Assembly: GCF_964204865.1 (NCBI RefSeq)
Contig: NC_135258.1
Location: 12,214,001-12,278,000, forward strand
Reading direction: 5' to 3'
DNA from: Styela clava
Taxonomy: Eukaryota
Length of the DNA stretch: 64,000 nt
The position numbers were made by a program, and so were the translations under genes. Under the pieces are notes generated by a model. The model was not told the DNA's origin. It saw nothing but the letters and a program-made list of their open reading frames with translations, and did no database searches. This document shows positions 24,184 through 38,457 of this stretch, one piece after another. How positions within the stretch are numbered: the first letter of the stretch is position 1; every line of letters begins with the position of its first letter.

Positions 24184-25848
24184 GATAAACTGTTTTACCA
24201 GAGACGAAATTTTTGAAGACATTTTTGAAGAAATGCTTGTAAAAAGTCATTTTACAAAATAAAATCGACTTACCAATTTTCAAAATGATCGTTCCATTTA
24301 AAACATCGATTCTAACCGCCGTCGGAATGCCATAGAATTTGAGACTGGGGCTCTTCAGTTGGGAATACAGAAGCCATCAATATTCAATAGGCTACCATCT
24401 GCAACGATATTCACTATCACGAAAACTTCAGCTTAGCTTTGTTGTTGTTTTTTTTACAATGAAAAATCGTCATTTTGCTCTAAAAATAAATCTAGATTAC
24501 GAATCTCATATAATCCGAACTATAGCAAATGTGAGTAATAACAACTAAATGTCCAATTAATTGTTTTCTTATCTTTATAGAAAAATGTAACAATAGGACC
24601 CCAACGTAATTTATGTGATTTTTGTTATTCGGTTTACACGAAACATAAAATTAGATGAATATTTTGAAATGATAATACCTCAATATTATCTAAAATTCGA
24701 CAATTTCATTTAAATTATTGTTAGACTTTCACATGGCTGAACGAATGTTAATGACATCCCTGTTCGATAGATAAATCACAAGTTTTATCACTGATTTATC
24801 ACTTCCGACAAAATAACGAGTACCCACAATTTATTTGAATAAAATAAATCCAACAGTTAGACTTTCAATTGGGTTTTTCAAGTTGATGAAAATAGCTTCC
24901 ATTGTATAAATTGAACATGAAATGAATTATAACTATAATTTATAAGTAAAATTCTCTTTCGATGTTCAACTCTCGGAATGAAAACAAGGTTACGTAATAG
25001 AGGAAATGAAAGGGTGAATTAAAAAGGAAATAAAACGAACAAAAAAATTATGAAAAAAAATTTCCTATGATTACTAAAATTATAAAAGAATGATTTTTTT
25101 CCTGAGATTACTTATTGTGTATCATGCAATGTTAGTTGAACTAACATAAAACGGTTAAAACCATATATTCCTAAATTTAACAAAGCGTGTGATATTTGAA
25201 TATGATATAAAGGTCATGAAGGTACAAATCACAAGGTTTATCTGTGAGGAAAAAGCTATCAACTAATAGTTTTTGACGTCGTCTAATTTAAACCTATTTG
25301 CCGACAGCGTTGATTCAACAAACAGCTGATAACAAACTTGACTGAACGACTGAGAATGACAGCCTCGTTTGAATCCAACTAATTGTAAAATCACATATTT
25401 AACGATTTAATTGTAGGTTTGAGCCGATGCTTCACAAGGACGAACCTAATCACGAAATTGGAACACATACATATATATGAATAAACGAACGACATGCGTG
25501 CTCTACAGTCTCAATATTCTGTTGCATGTTTTTGTCTATTGTTTCAGGTAAAAATTCACATGAATATTATATTTTTGTCAATTAAGTTGGCTCGTTTCCG
25601 ACAGAAGAAAGTAATTTCCATCGAATGGATTGAACACAAAATGAATTAGGCAATAAATTCAATTTCAATGTTCAACTCAAACAATAAAAATTATATAAAA
25701 TTGTAATGCTCAATTTCTAATGTCACTTTAGTGATGGAAAAGTTTTTTTTACTTGGTTGTGTGAAAACAGTATTTATTTCTAATATTGGTAAAAATTTTG
25801 GTGACCGCTGGTCCTGCACTTCAACGTACATTTTTCTTTATTTTGGAC

Positions 25849-26706
25849 CATTGATTCCCAACCGCCGGTTCGCGAAGCTTTTTCGCCGGTCCGCTAGAAA
25901 ATTTCGGTGTTTTGTTGTTCTTATGCCGTCTAAATGCTTTACCGAGGACGAGGCTGCGTTGGTATATCACGCAATTTCTCTTTGGCCGTGATATTGCGAC
26001 ATCTTGGCGACGTCTTGGCGCCGTGTGATCACACTTTTTGCTTTATCGGCTCCGATTCATCGCGAACGCGCTCCATCAAATCTCGCAAAATTCAGAAACC
26101 TAAGAATTGGCACGCCTGCTTTTTCTGTTCTGCCTGCTTCTCCCGATTAATGTGAAATTGTCGCGACCTTGCAGAGGCGCAAAAAAGCATGGGCAGTTGA
26201 AGTCTTTTCCAGTATTTTGAGCAGGCACAGTAGGATTTTGAGCTTGGTGCCAAGTTACCGACAACTTTGTCATTGTAATATAAATTCATTTCGTTTGAAG
26301 CGTTGATCAACTGCAGAGGGATTAATATGTTAAACCAGATGAAAAAAAAAGCTTGATAAAAATTGTGATTCTACTTTACAGTCCAGATTAAAAAAGAATC
26401 ACTGACACAATTTTATACATCTCTTGATAACGAATACCCATCGCTAAGTAATCGAGCAATCAAACTGTTGTCCGTTTTTTTAACCAGTTATTTATGCGTT
26501 ATGCGGAAAATATTTTCATCAATAGCTTTAATTAAAACGAAGCAATGAAATTGGCTGCACGCCACACTGATAGTTTTTCTTAGTGTGAAATGTTTTGAAG
26601 TGTGTCCTTTATGTCCAGAAGCATATTGAGTGCCCGACATTACATTATATTACGCGAATATATGCTATTCTTTTCTGTTTCGGTTATTTCAATTTTTTGT
26701 CGGTCC
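25849..26706 (+). mobile_element. Internally deleted, right-truncated hAT (Charlie/Buster-type) transposon
   Basis: Left end CATTGATTCCCAACCGCCGG. 26396-26557 encodes decayed dimerisation domain ESLTQFYTSLDNEYPSLSNRAIKLLSVFLTSYLC...FSSIALIKTKQ*NWL. Absent from the paralog near 29145. Confidence 0.8.
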
Positions 26707-29560
26707 CTGTTTAAATCCAACTGATTGGAGAACCACATAATTGGCACTGAATCACGCCGCCGTAAGTTGGATATGTTTTTTAGTTGACGCAACTAATAGT
26801 CAGTGTTTCACGAGACTAATATCTTTCCATGTTATGTTCCGGTGAGCAATGGTCCGTATTCGTATACCGCAAGGGTGCTGAAGCAAAAATACGCAAATCT
26901 GCAAATTTACTGCTACAACTTTCGTAGTTGTTGGTATCTAAGAAAATCTTTTGAATGAGGACTAAAAATTATTGTTTCACAGCTTGTATTTTGTATAATG
27001 TGAGGATCACATAAAAAACTTTGCTTTAACGACTATGCGCTAAAATGGTGAAGTTTTCATTATAAATTCCATTTGGTTCATTTCGGAAAATAGGTAAATA
27101 GCTTTTATAATTTGCATAATGTGAATTAAAGCTTAATTGCAGTATCAATGTGTTAAACTCCGACAATAAAAATGTACCAATTCCCAGGCCAGAAGTAAAA
27201 GTACTAGATTGAAATTGTACCGTGTCTATAAATCTATAAAACGTATAAAGCAGTGTGGAGCGAAGCGACCTCACTAGTTATGTAGAAAAAATTTCGCGGA
27301 GAAATATGCTGACAAGGAAAAAATTTAGGAATAAATATGTGACCTAATATTCTGCTGTGACCTATATTATTGCTACAATCATTGCACCACGTTCTACGAA
27401 ATATGGCCTAAATATTATCTACAATATTGATTGATGACATTTTACAATCATAAAGCAATGAATAGACTAGCATTCCAAAATTTGGTAAATTGTGTATTTC
27501 ATAAGCTGTCTTTAGCAGAAACGAAATCTTAAAATTTTTGAAGAAATGCTTGCAAAAAGTCTTTTAAAAACAAAATCGACTTACCAATTTTGAAAATGAT
27601 CGTTCCATTTAATACATCGATGCTAACCGCCGTCGAGATGCCATAGAATTTGTGACTGGTGTCTTCAGTTGGGAATCAAGGAGCTACAGTCTACAACGAT
27701 TTTACTATCACGAAAACTTCAGCTTAACATTGCTGTTGTTGTTTTTTTAACGAAAAATCGGCATTTCGTTCTAAAAATCATTCTAGATTACGAATCTCAT
27801 ATAACCTGAACTATAGCAAAAGTGAGTGATGAAACAACAATTAATTGTTTTTCATCTCTTTATAGAAACATGTAACAAAAAGACCCCAACGTAATTTACG
27901 TGATTTTTGTTATTCGGTTTACACGAAACATAAAATTAGATGAATATTTTAAAATGATAATACCTCAATATTATCTAAATTTCGATAATTTGATTTACCA
28001 AATTGTCAGACTTTCACATGGCTGAACGAATGTTAATGACATCCCTGTTCGATAGATAAATCACAAGTTTTATCACTGATTTATCACTTCCCGACAAAAT
28101 AACGAGAACCCGCAATTTATTCGAATAAAATAAATCCAACAGTTAGACTTTCAATTGGTTTTTTCAAGTTGATGAAAATAGCTTCCATTGTATAAATTGA
28201 ACATGAAATGAATTATAACTATAATTTATAAGTAAAATTCTATTTTGATGTTCAACTCTCGGAATGAAAACAAGGTTACGTAATAGAGGAAATAAAAGGG
28301 TGAATTAAAAAGGAGATAAAACGAATAATAAAAATTATGAAAAAAAAATCCTAGGATTACTAAAATTATAAAAGAATGATTTTTTTCCTGAGATTACTTA
28401 TTGTGTATCATGCAATGTTAGTTGAACTAACATAAAACGGTTAAAACCATATATTCTTAAATTTAACAAAGCGTATGATATTTGGATATGATATAAAGGT
28501 CATGGAGGTACAAATCCCAAGGTTTATCTCTAAGGAAAAAGCTATCAACTTATAGTTTTTGAAGTCGTCTAATTTAAACTTAGTTGCCGACAGCGTTGAT
28601 TCAACAAACAGTTGATAACAAACTTGACTGAACGACTGAGAATGACAGCCTTGTTTGAATCCAACTAATTGTAAAATCACATTTTTAACGACTTAATTGT
28701 AGTTATGCGCCGAGGTCTCACAAGGACAAACATACTCACGAAATTGGAACGCATACATATATATGAATAAACGAACGACATGCGTGCTCAGCAGTCTCAA
28801 TATTCTGTTGCATGTTTTTGCTTTATTGTTAAGTAAAAATTCATATGAATATCAGTACATTCTATTTTTGTCAATTCAAGTTGGCTCGTTTCCGACAGAG
28901 GAAAATAATTTCCATCGAATGAATTGAACACAAAATGAATTAGGCAATAAATTCAATTTCAATGTTCAACTCAAACAATAAAAATTATATAAAATTGTAA
29001 TGCTTAATTTATAATGTCACTTTAGTGACAAAAAAGACTATTTTTACTTGGCTGTGTAAAAACAGTATTTATTTCTAACATTGGTATAGATTTTGGTGAC
29101 CTCTGGTCCTGCACGTCAACGTACATTTTTCTTTATTTCAAACCATTGGCCCCACTTTGAATATGTGAAGGTTCCCTATTTTTAAATGACTTCTTTTTTT
29201 TCAAAGGGTATTTTGTAATTTGCTCATATTTGCACCTTTTACCACCTTATTAGCGAATAATCATTGGCAGGGCGAGGAAGTGCGCGAGATGTCGAAATAT
29301 AATTTCTGGAAAGACGGGACCACAGTAATTTCGAAGTTTAAAGTTTTGAAATTGGAAAAAACGAGTGTTTTATTTGATGTTACAAATTGACTTTTCTCGG
29401 TCAATATAGGCGATGAATGTCTTTAAAATACATGTTATACATTGACGTGTGGTGCCGTACTAACCAATTAAAGCACCTCTTTGGTATTATCTTACCTAAT
29501 CTTTGATTATTAACCACAAAAGTACATAATACTGATTTTACTGTTAAGGGTGGCGGAAGT

Positions 29561-29645
29561 GTGTATTCGACAATTAGTTCGATTACAACATGACTGATTA
29601 AAATTGATAACAGCCCTGTTGGAATCCAACTGATGGGATAACCAC
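29561..29645 (-). ncRNA. pre-miRNA-like hairpin, family A (5p CAGUUGGAUUCCAACAGGGCUG)
   Basis: The 5p arm pairs with CAGUCAUGUUGUAAUCGAACUAA. Paralog of 32345-32429 with compensatory changes. Confidence 0.75.
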
Positions 29646-32344
29646 AGATCATTGTTCAGGTGCTATAAAAATAAAATGAAGCTTGGTTAAAGTTGTTTGC
29701 AAACATTGAATCTATAGTTATGATTTATTTATGATTTTTATTTTTGCATAATATGCTAATACGCCGTTCAATAGAGTAAAATGAAGCACGGCGCATTTAA
29801 AACCTACTGAGATAATAATTAAAAAATAAACAGTTATAGATGACAGTTATAGATCTTTAATTAGATAGAGTGAGACCGGATATTCGCTAAAACACTCATT
29901 GAAACGCTACTCGCAAATGCAAGCGGATTTTCAGCTTTTTTGATTATTTTATTTCGAAGAAATTTTGTTGAATTACAAAAAAACACGAATTCCTAAATTG
30001 TACTAACTACGACGCAAAGTATAATTGCTATTTACTCAACCTCCACAGTAAAAGAGAAAATATAAGTAATCCTAGATTCAACTACATAGCTCATATAATT
30101 AATGTATATTATAAAATTCCTTCATCTCGCAAGACTGACCTTAGTATTTCATCCGCGCTCTTCTGAAAATAAAATATTCGACTGCCTGACCTCAGCATTA
30201 CAAAACAAAATGGCGAAGCTAAAAATAGCTCAAATATCCCACACGGGGCGGCCGGCTCAACAAGGCAGAATACAAGGCAACAAGCGCCCAGAAATTCGAG
30301 ATATATAAATTCGCCAGGATAAGTGCACAGTTAACATATAGTTTAACGACGAGTTATAGTTTCGACTAATAAGATCAAACACCATGTCTGCTCAGAATTT
30401 CTAGCACAAAATTGCTGATAAGTGACTTCATATCGAAATAGGGATGAAGATATTATTTCATTGTCATGTCTACCGTATACGTTGTAGGATACACGCAAAG
30501 GACTGGTTTATAGTATTAATATATAGAACAATTACATATCTGCTTAAATAATATTCGGAGATAATTCAATTCATAAAAGTTTCTCAACCATCCTTACAAA
30601 TCGCTAACAGAGGGGGTTTACCAACATAAAAAAAATGATTTCGACATTCAACCAATTTTGCATTTGCAAAATTTTCACTAAAATTTTAATTTATCAGTGT
30701 ATGTCTCACATCAATTTATTTAAACGGAAATCGATTCACCACAAAACTCATTCCTCGAGACAACTGTCACAAAACGAGGTCACTCAGATATTTAAATCAA
30801 AAGATAACCTGTTGGTGTCCACTGAAAAAACATCAAAAAAACGTAAGATTTTCATTTTTTCTTTCAGTTGTACAAGCGCGCGCCCTGAAATTGAGCCAAA
30901 TTAACCATTCGTGAAAGAAACATGCCAGCTCAGCTCTGACCGATACGGACTTACTTATTTGTGTTCAATTTAACCCGCAGTGGCGCTGACAAAATAATGC
31001 CGCTCAGATTATTTTTCTAAAGATTCACATTAGTTAGATGCAAACATGACCAAATAAATTTCATTAACAGCCCTGTTTGAATCAATCCAACTGATGGTAA
31101 AACTGTATTTATGAAACGCACTAAAGAAGCGAATCGGTAAGATTTAATTTACTTATTATGTATACTACCGTTCACTTATATCCAACAGGGAAACTTTCAA
31201 TTGGTTTCTTCAGGTTGATGAAAACAGTTTCCATTGTATAAATTGAACATGAAATGAATTATAAGTAAAATCCAATTTCAATGTTCAACTCAATCAATGA
31301 AAACAAGGTTACGTCGTTGTATTACATTATTAAATTTTTCAGTCCAACTTTCATAACTTTCGTGAATTACTGGTACCACAATTTTTATATGTGAAAAACT
31401 CCTGTAATATAATAATTACACTAGGTATTTCCAGTATTACTGAATTTGATCATTTTAAATTTTTTCATTAGAAAGCAGGGGAAGTAACTTATTATTAATA
31501 ACTAAGTTTCAACTTGAAGTGCATTTAAAAGGAAATACCGTTCCAATGACGAAAACGAATAATAGATATCCTAAAAAAAATCCTAGGATTACTAAAATTA
31601 TAAAAGAATGGCTTCTTGCTGAGATTACTTATTGTGTATCGTGTAATGTTAGATGAACTAACATAAAACCATATATTATTAAATTTAACATAGCGAATAA
31701 CACAAATCACAAGGTCATAAGGAAAAAACAATCAAGTTATGGTTTTTGACGTTGTCTAATTTAAACCTATTTGCCGACAGCGTTGATTCAACAAACAGTT
31801 GATAACAAACTTGACTGAGCGACTGAGAATGACAGCCTCGTTTGAATCCAACTAAATGTAAAATCACATTTTTAACGACTTAATTGTAGTTTTGCGCCAA
31901 TGCCCCACAAGGACAAACATACTCACGAAATTGGAACACATATATATGAATAAACGAACGGCATGGGTGCTTAGCACACAATTGTTTTTGCTTATTGTTT
32001 CAAGTAAAACTTCCTATGAATATCATTACATTATATTTTTATCAATTAAGTTGGCTCGTTTCCGACAGAAGAAAATAATTTCCATCGAATGAATTGAACA
32101 CAAAATGAATTAGGCAATAAGTTCAATTTGAATGTTCAACTCAAACAATGAAAATTATATAAAATTGTAATTCTCAATTTATAATGTCACTTAAGTCATG
32201 AAAATAGCATTATTTTACTTGGTTGTGTAACAATAGTATTTATTTCCAATATTGAAGCATTGCTTTCGTATTATCTCATCTAATCTTTCATCATCAACCA
32301 CAATAGTACAAAATACTGATTTTACTGTCAAGGTCGGCGAAAGT

Positions 32345-32429
32345 GTGTATTCGACAATTAGTTAGATTCTAACGTGACTGATTAAAATTGATAACAGTCC
32401 CGTTGGAATCCAACTGATGGTATATTCAC
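32345..32429 (-). ncRNA. pre-miRNA-like hairpin, family A (5p CAGUUGGAUUCCAACGGGACUG)
   Basis: The 5p arm pairs with CAGUCACGUUAGAAUCUAACUAA, nearly continuously. Confidence 0.78.
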
Positions 32430-32665
32430 AGATCTTTGTTCAGGTGCCATAAAAATAAATGAAAATGAAACTTTCTTTAGGTTGTTCGAAAATATTGATT
32501 TTACAGTAGCAATATTGAAATTTTTATTTTTATATACGCTAATATCGAAGCCTATCGATAGAGCTAAATGATGCATGTCGCATGAAGAAACATACTGCTA
32601 TAATAATAAAAAAAAAAACAGTTGAAGATAAGTTACCATCTTCTTCAATAGCTGAATAGCTAGAG

Positions 32666-32951
32666 CCGGGGTGACCACTTTATTTAGCTCGCACGCGCCT
32701 CTTGCTTCGGTGCCATGCGCCTTTTTCGCTATTTTTGCAAATAACTTTGTAATTTACTTTTCATCCTGTTGTCTCTATTCACCATGTTGTCTGTATTCAT
32801 CATTTTACGCCAATGACAACGGGCTGGGTCAACATATGTCTGCGAATCTGTGCTTTCTACCATAAAACACGTGAAGTCAAAGCATTGATCTGTTCTGACT
32901 GACACACAAGTGAAAGAACTGCTTCGATTGGCTACCACGACATACAAGCCA
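32666..32951 (+). mobile_element. hAT (Charlie/GTF2IRD2-type) transposon relic
   Basis: Starts CCGGGGTGACCAC after a CTAGA-like target. 32826-32951 reads GSTYVCESVLSTIKHVKSKH*SVLTDTQVKELLRLATTTYKP (hAT C-terminal dimerisation region). Confidence 0.8.
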
Positions 32952-33782
32952 TTTTATTTATTCAATTTAAAGAGGATTATTTCTCATAGATTCAATTACA
33001 TAGCTCATATAAATAATGTATTTTATAAAATTCCTTCATCTCACAGGCCTGACCTTAGTATTCCATTCGCGCCCTTCTGAAAGTAAAACATTCGACTTGT
33101 CGACTTCGGCATTACGAAACAAAATGGCGAAGCTAAAAATAGCTAAAATATTCCACACGGGGTGGCGGGCTCAAAAGCGCAGAATGCAAGGCAAAAAGCA
33201 TATAGAAATCCGACATAACTAAATTCGCCTGGATTTGTACATAATAAACAAATAGTTCATGGACGAGTTAAAGTTTTAACTAATAAGATCAAACACCATG
33301 TCTACTCAAAATTTCTAACCCAAATTGCTGATAGGTGATACCGTCCATAACGAGATAAGGATGGCAAGCATTGTAACAAATAACGGTTTTATGGTTGAGA
33401 ATACGTATAGCCGGCTCGGATGTTCACAATATTTTCTTATTTTCATTGACGATATGAAATATAACGACAGCCCTGTTGGAATCCTACTATCCAAGATGTC
33501 ACATTTTCGCAAATTACAGGTTATAATAGAAATATAAATGTAGGGACTTATTTCATTGTCGGGGCTACGATATACGTTGTAGGCCACATGCATAGGACTG
33601 ATATATAGTATTAATATATAGAACAATTACATATCTGCTCAACTAATATTCAGAGATAATTCAATTCATAAATGTCCCTCAATCAGCTTTACAAATCGCA
33701 AACGGAGAAAGTTTACCAACATAGGAAAGTTATTTCGACACCTAACCAATTTTAGCTACCGTGAAACTTTCACCTGTTTTAT

Positions 33783-34612
33783 CACTGCGTCACGCTAATA
33801 ACCGAATTGCGTAAGTCAGTTTTGGCGATTTTGAGTTCTTTATAAAATAGGTATTTATGTAATGCTGCGCATCTGTCTGTTAACTCAGATTTTATTTTAG
33901 AATTCCGAAACCCATAAAATGGAGATTTAGTATGACATGCACATTTGTGCAATTGTTTCGTCATAATGAATTAATATTGGTTTCGCATGACTATTGTGAC
34001 GTCACAAATACAAAATAACCTCGACGAAGTATTTTCGAGTTTTTGCATCTCGAATTCTAGCTTAGCGCGTATTAATTTAAATTTATACTACAGATAGGAA
34101 GGCGTGCACTTGTGATATTCACTGTCCGAGTACAATTCACCTCGGTTGGCTTTTATATTGAGTGCATTGCTGTTTTATTCTTTGTATTTAATCTTAGTCT
34201 TATTTCGGTGGGTGTGCAGAACGTGTTATGTTGATGAAATATGGATTTTTAAACATAAAAAAATAATGTAATTGAAACTGAATAGCTATTTTGGGGATTT
34301 GACATTGTAGATACTGAGAATTACATTCGTTTTTGGAATGTTTAGTTTATAGGACTGGTGCATATAGTAAAGTTGCAAAATTGCGTATGTCCCCAAGTCA
34401 TAAACACATTTTTGCATAAGTCACAGTGCGCCATTATGACGTCACTTAACTGCGTCTTACAAATTAACTTGAATCCGGCTACGATCAAAAAATTGAATCA
34501 TGGCAAATTATTGACTCTCAATGGCATAACTATATCATTAGGAAATTTTTTATGTTTTTCTCAAAACCGCCAAAAATGACTCACGCAATTCGGTTATTAG
34601 CGTGACGCACTC
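33783..34612. mobile_element. Non-autonomous DNA transposon with about 53-bp TIRs starting CACTG (CMC/EnSpm- or Transib-like terminus)
   Basis: CACTGCGTCACGCTAATAACCGAATTGCGT ... ACGCAATTCGGTTATTAGCGTGACGCACTC. Absent from the paralogous segment near 30695. Confidence 0.88.
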
Positions 34613-34775
34613 AATGTTTCACATCAATTTAATTGAAAGAAAATCGATCTACCGCGAAAATCATTTCTCGAGACAACCGTCACAAAACGAGGTCACTCAA
34701 ATTTTCAAATTAAAAAATAACCTGTTGTTGCCCACTAAAACGCCCAAAAAGTTCCTAATTAGTAATATTAAAATG

Positions 34776-34973
34776 GGAGCTCCCGTAGTATGTGCACCAA
34801 GATGACGGACACCGTAACGTAGTGTGTGTAACAGGTTAGGTTTAGGCCATAGTTTTATTTCAATTTTCCTTGTCTTAGGATTTGGTTGCGAGTTTGGGGA
34901 CTAGCCAAATGACTCCCGTAATATTTGTACCTGAAATTGTCCGTCATCTTGGTTCACATACTACGGGAGTACC
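34776..34973. mobile_element. MITE with 35-bp TIRs
   Basis: GGAGCTCCCGTAGTATGTGCACCAAGATGACGGAC / GTCCGTCATCTTGGTTCACATACTACGGGAGTACC. A related right-end fragment lies near 18310-18361. Confidence 0.88.
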
Positions 34974-37900
34974 ATAGAATGATTGTTTATTTCCGTTTTT
35001 CTTCAGTCGTACAAGCACGTGCCCTGAATTCAAGCCAAATTAACCCTCCGCAAAACAAAAACGCCAGCCTAACTCTTTAACTTCTAAATATTGGTGAAAG
35101 ATTAAAAATATTTCAAAATATATAACATATTTCTGCATTGAAATTGTGAATTTTTTAACGCCGGTAAAAAATCCCAAGATTTGATATAAAATCACGGAGA
35201 GTATATATAATTCAATTTAGTATAATAAAAATATCTATGAATTATGTACGTACGTCAAAAAATACATATTTATCGCCTAGAAATTCCCGCAGAACGGGTT
35301 TTTGTCGCGATTACGGCACTCGTAAAAAGGGCCGAATTTTTTTGTTCTGCTCGAAATAATCAATCCGTTTCCGACCGATACTGGCATATTTGAAATGTCT
35401 TGCTTTATTTATTCAATTTTGTTCAATTTAACCCGAAAAATAATGCCGCTCAGTTTATTTTTCTCGGGATATCAATGTTATAAAATTCCCATGGGGTTAA
35501 AATTTTTTTTTAGAAAGTAAAAAATTGACTGAATATACTTTACATTAATTATACTGTATATATCATCATAATCCATAAACAGCTGACTCGAGGACATATG
35601 CTTGTTTTAGTCTTTACACATACATCGATGTGGCTGACCATATCAAAAGCTCAAGATCTAGCACATTTACCCCTATTTCTCCATAACGATTTTGACCTAA
35701 TGAACTGATTATTATATTTATATTAGAATTCGCTTTTGTCGATATATTTCATTGCCCACGGAACATGGAACTCGACGAATATTTTCAACTATGACACAAA
35801 ATGCACTTTGAATACGTACAGGGTGTCCCAAGATACGTTTTCCCGTGTTTTTTGAGAGGGAAAAGGAGAGGGGGTCACCCTTTATTTGCTGATACTATGA
35901 TTCAACGAATGTTGAATACTCACATGACTGAACGCATATTAATAACAGCCCTGTACGAATCCAACTGATCGATAAACCATAAGCTCAAGAAACCATTGGT
36001 GCATTTCAGCAAAATTATGACACATCCAAAATTCATGAACAATGATAGTAAATACATTGACTTCCGGAAGAATATTTTCCATTGGGTAAATTGAACACTA
36101 AATATACATAATAAGTAATGCAAGATACAATTGTGTCGTTCTTAACCGCAAGAAAGTAGGCCTACCTGCTGCTTATATGACCAATCGGCATAGATGATAA
36201 AATAGATATAACAATTAGTTGCAAACTGATATGTAACTGCTGAAGAAATAAATGATAATAAATATTGTAATTATTTGAATTTTATGCAAATACCCTGTTA
36301 ACAAAATACGATAAAACTTCCATCAGCGACAATTGACTGTAAATCCACTTAAAATATACGTATCATACTTCAACCTTTGGGGAGAAATCAAAATTCATCT
36401 ATTGTCAGCACGTAATTCTATCGCCTCCATTGCTGAGTTTTTACCTAAGTCACTAATTGCATTTTATTTTAAACCTGCTGTATCTAAATATTTTTTTAAT
36501 TTTGAACGATGTATATGTCATGAAAACATTTTTTGCGTATGAGATTCTTTTCTTCCGCACTACGCACTCTCGCGGATCGCATACTGTTCTAACTACAATT
36601 TGTCGCTGGGCTCTTTCTTAATTGGCGTCCAGCTGGTGCGAATCTTCATTACTTTCATTGCGAAGCAACTGTTGCTAATTTATGGGCTAAGAATTTTATT
36701 TTTTCCCTCATTTTCACGTAGTCCCGCACCCAGGTGCAGATATTTTGGGAACCGTTGACCCTATAAACAGTGATGATTAAAACATGATTCCTTATCTGCA
36801 ACCACCGTGAATTTGAGAAAAAGAGGGTTCACCCGACAGCAAATGCAGAAATCTCATTCAAAAAGCATTCAGAAGAAGGAAGCCGCCGAAGTTTAAACCT
36901 ATTTAAAAGTAATAGCCCGTTCCTAACAATTTAAGTTTAAAGCCAGCATTTTCCGTCCGGATTGTAATTGATAAATTAATGCGACTAGATCTTTCACAAA
37001 TTACATCAGACGCTGAAAGTATTGTATTTTGTCCCGACGTTCAGCGCATCAAATGGTATTGGTATTATAGAACTACAACATTGTAGGTTTTTAGTGGCAA
37101 AATGACAAAAGCAATGTCGTGTTGACAATCTGATTCAACAAATGGCCAGGAACTTGCAGAACTGAACGAATATTATTAACAGTTTTGTTCGAATCCAACT
37201 AATCGATAGATCACAAGTTCTAGGGATATAACCTATTGATGATTTATTATATTAATAAAGAATAATAAAATGCAAACTATTTTTTGACTATTTTTGCTGT
37301 GTAATCTTATCAATTGTATCGAATCCAGATTGGCTTCTTCAAATCAGAAGAAAATAATTTTCATCGAGTAAATTGAACACGGAATGAATTAGAAGTAAAA
37401 TTCAAGGTTCAACTCAAGCAATAAAACTTACGAAGGATTCCAGATTCATAAAAACCTGCATCTGAAGATGCAATTCTGCCTTTCCTAAACCTCAAAAAAG
37501 AAAGTACTTGCTGGTTTCAATTTTCTCACTCGCCAATGGTGATTACATAGATTCAGGAATTAGTTTAATGCAAACATGGCCAAATAAATTTAAACATCAG
37601 CGCCAGGTGACCTATCAGCGTAATAACTTTCTTGGTGCCTTATGTTTATTGATATTAAATTTTGACAGCTTAATTAGATCAACTCGAATACTGAATATGA
37701 AACAGACATAAACAAAACATTCAACAAAAAAATAAATTCGTTTTCTCAATTGGAAATAAGTTGGAAAAATATTTCACTATTGCAACAAATTGTATAGATT
37801 TACCCAAGTTCCAACGTAAGAGAATAGTGCAAATTCTGCCCCACCTTCGACTTTTCTTGCAAGATGCATGTTATAAAACATTCTCATGTCACACAAGATA

Positions 37901-38372
37901 GATTTCACTATAGTTAACGCCAACCAGAGTTGGTATACAGTATACTCAGAAAACTAAACTTTCGCGAAGAGAGTTCGATTGTAGCATTAGAAAACAAAAT
38001 GGCGATGCCACAAATTTATCGACGAGACGCATTCGTCCGTCTACATCGAGCACCGCAGAATTCATCAGAAAAGATAAAATGTTAGTTTTCAACAGACAGA
38101 TAGAACAACCTTTTCATCTGGTGATATATAATTGGTGTTACTGGTAATTTGAAAGTTGTACAACTCCAAATCGACTGCGTCAAATTCAATGCAGAATCGT
38201 TAGAGTTAAACTCATTGACAAATAAAAACTTACCGTATGCTATTCAAATCTAGATTTAGGAGAAATTTCGCTTTGTCATATATAGTCGACAACTCTCTCT
38301 CACCCATTGATATAAATGAAACCTTGTCAAACTAAAAACTCAACTTTTCTATTTTTCGTCGATGATAATAAT

Positions 38373-38457
38373 GTTGATTCAACAAATAGTTTGGTCAAAC
38401 ATGGCTGCAAAACATTTACCGACAGCCCTGTTAAAATCCAACTAAACGATAAATCAC
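38373..38457 (-). ncRNA. pre-miRNA-like hairpin, family A array subtype (5p UAGUUGGAUUUUAACAGGGCUG); copies 43783, 48519, 52170, 53285, 60323
   Basis: The 5p arm pairs with CAGCCAUGUUUGA(C/U)CAAACUA, with basal stem GUGAUUUA/UGAAUCAAC. Confidence 0.72.

Larger units (their letters stand above)
23245..29150. repeat. Direct segmental duplication (about 23245-25850 and 26706-29150); further partial copies at about 31180-32260
   Basis: Long collinear identity, e.g. GAGAACCACATAATTGGCACTGAA, GCAAGGGTGCTGAAGCAAAAATACGC and GGTCCTGCAC. Confidence 0.92.
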
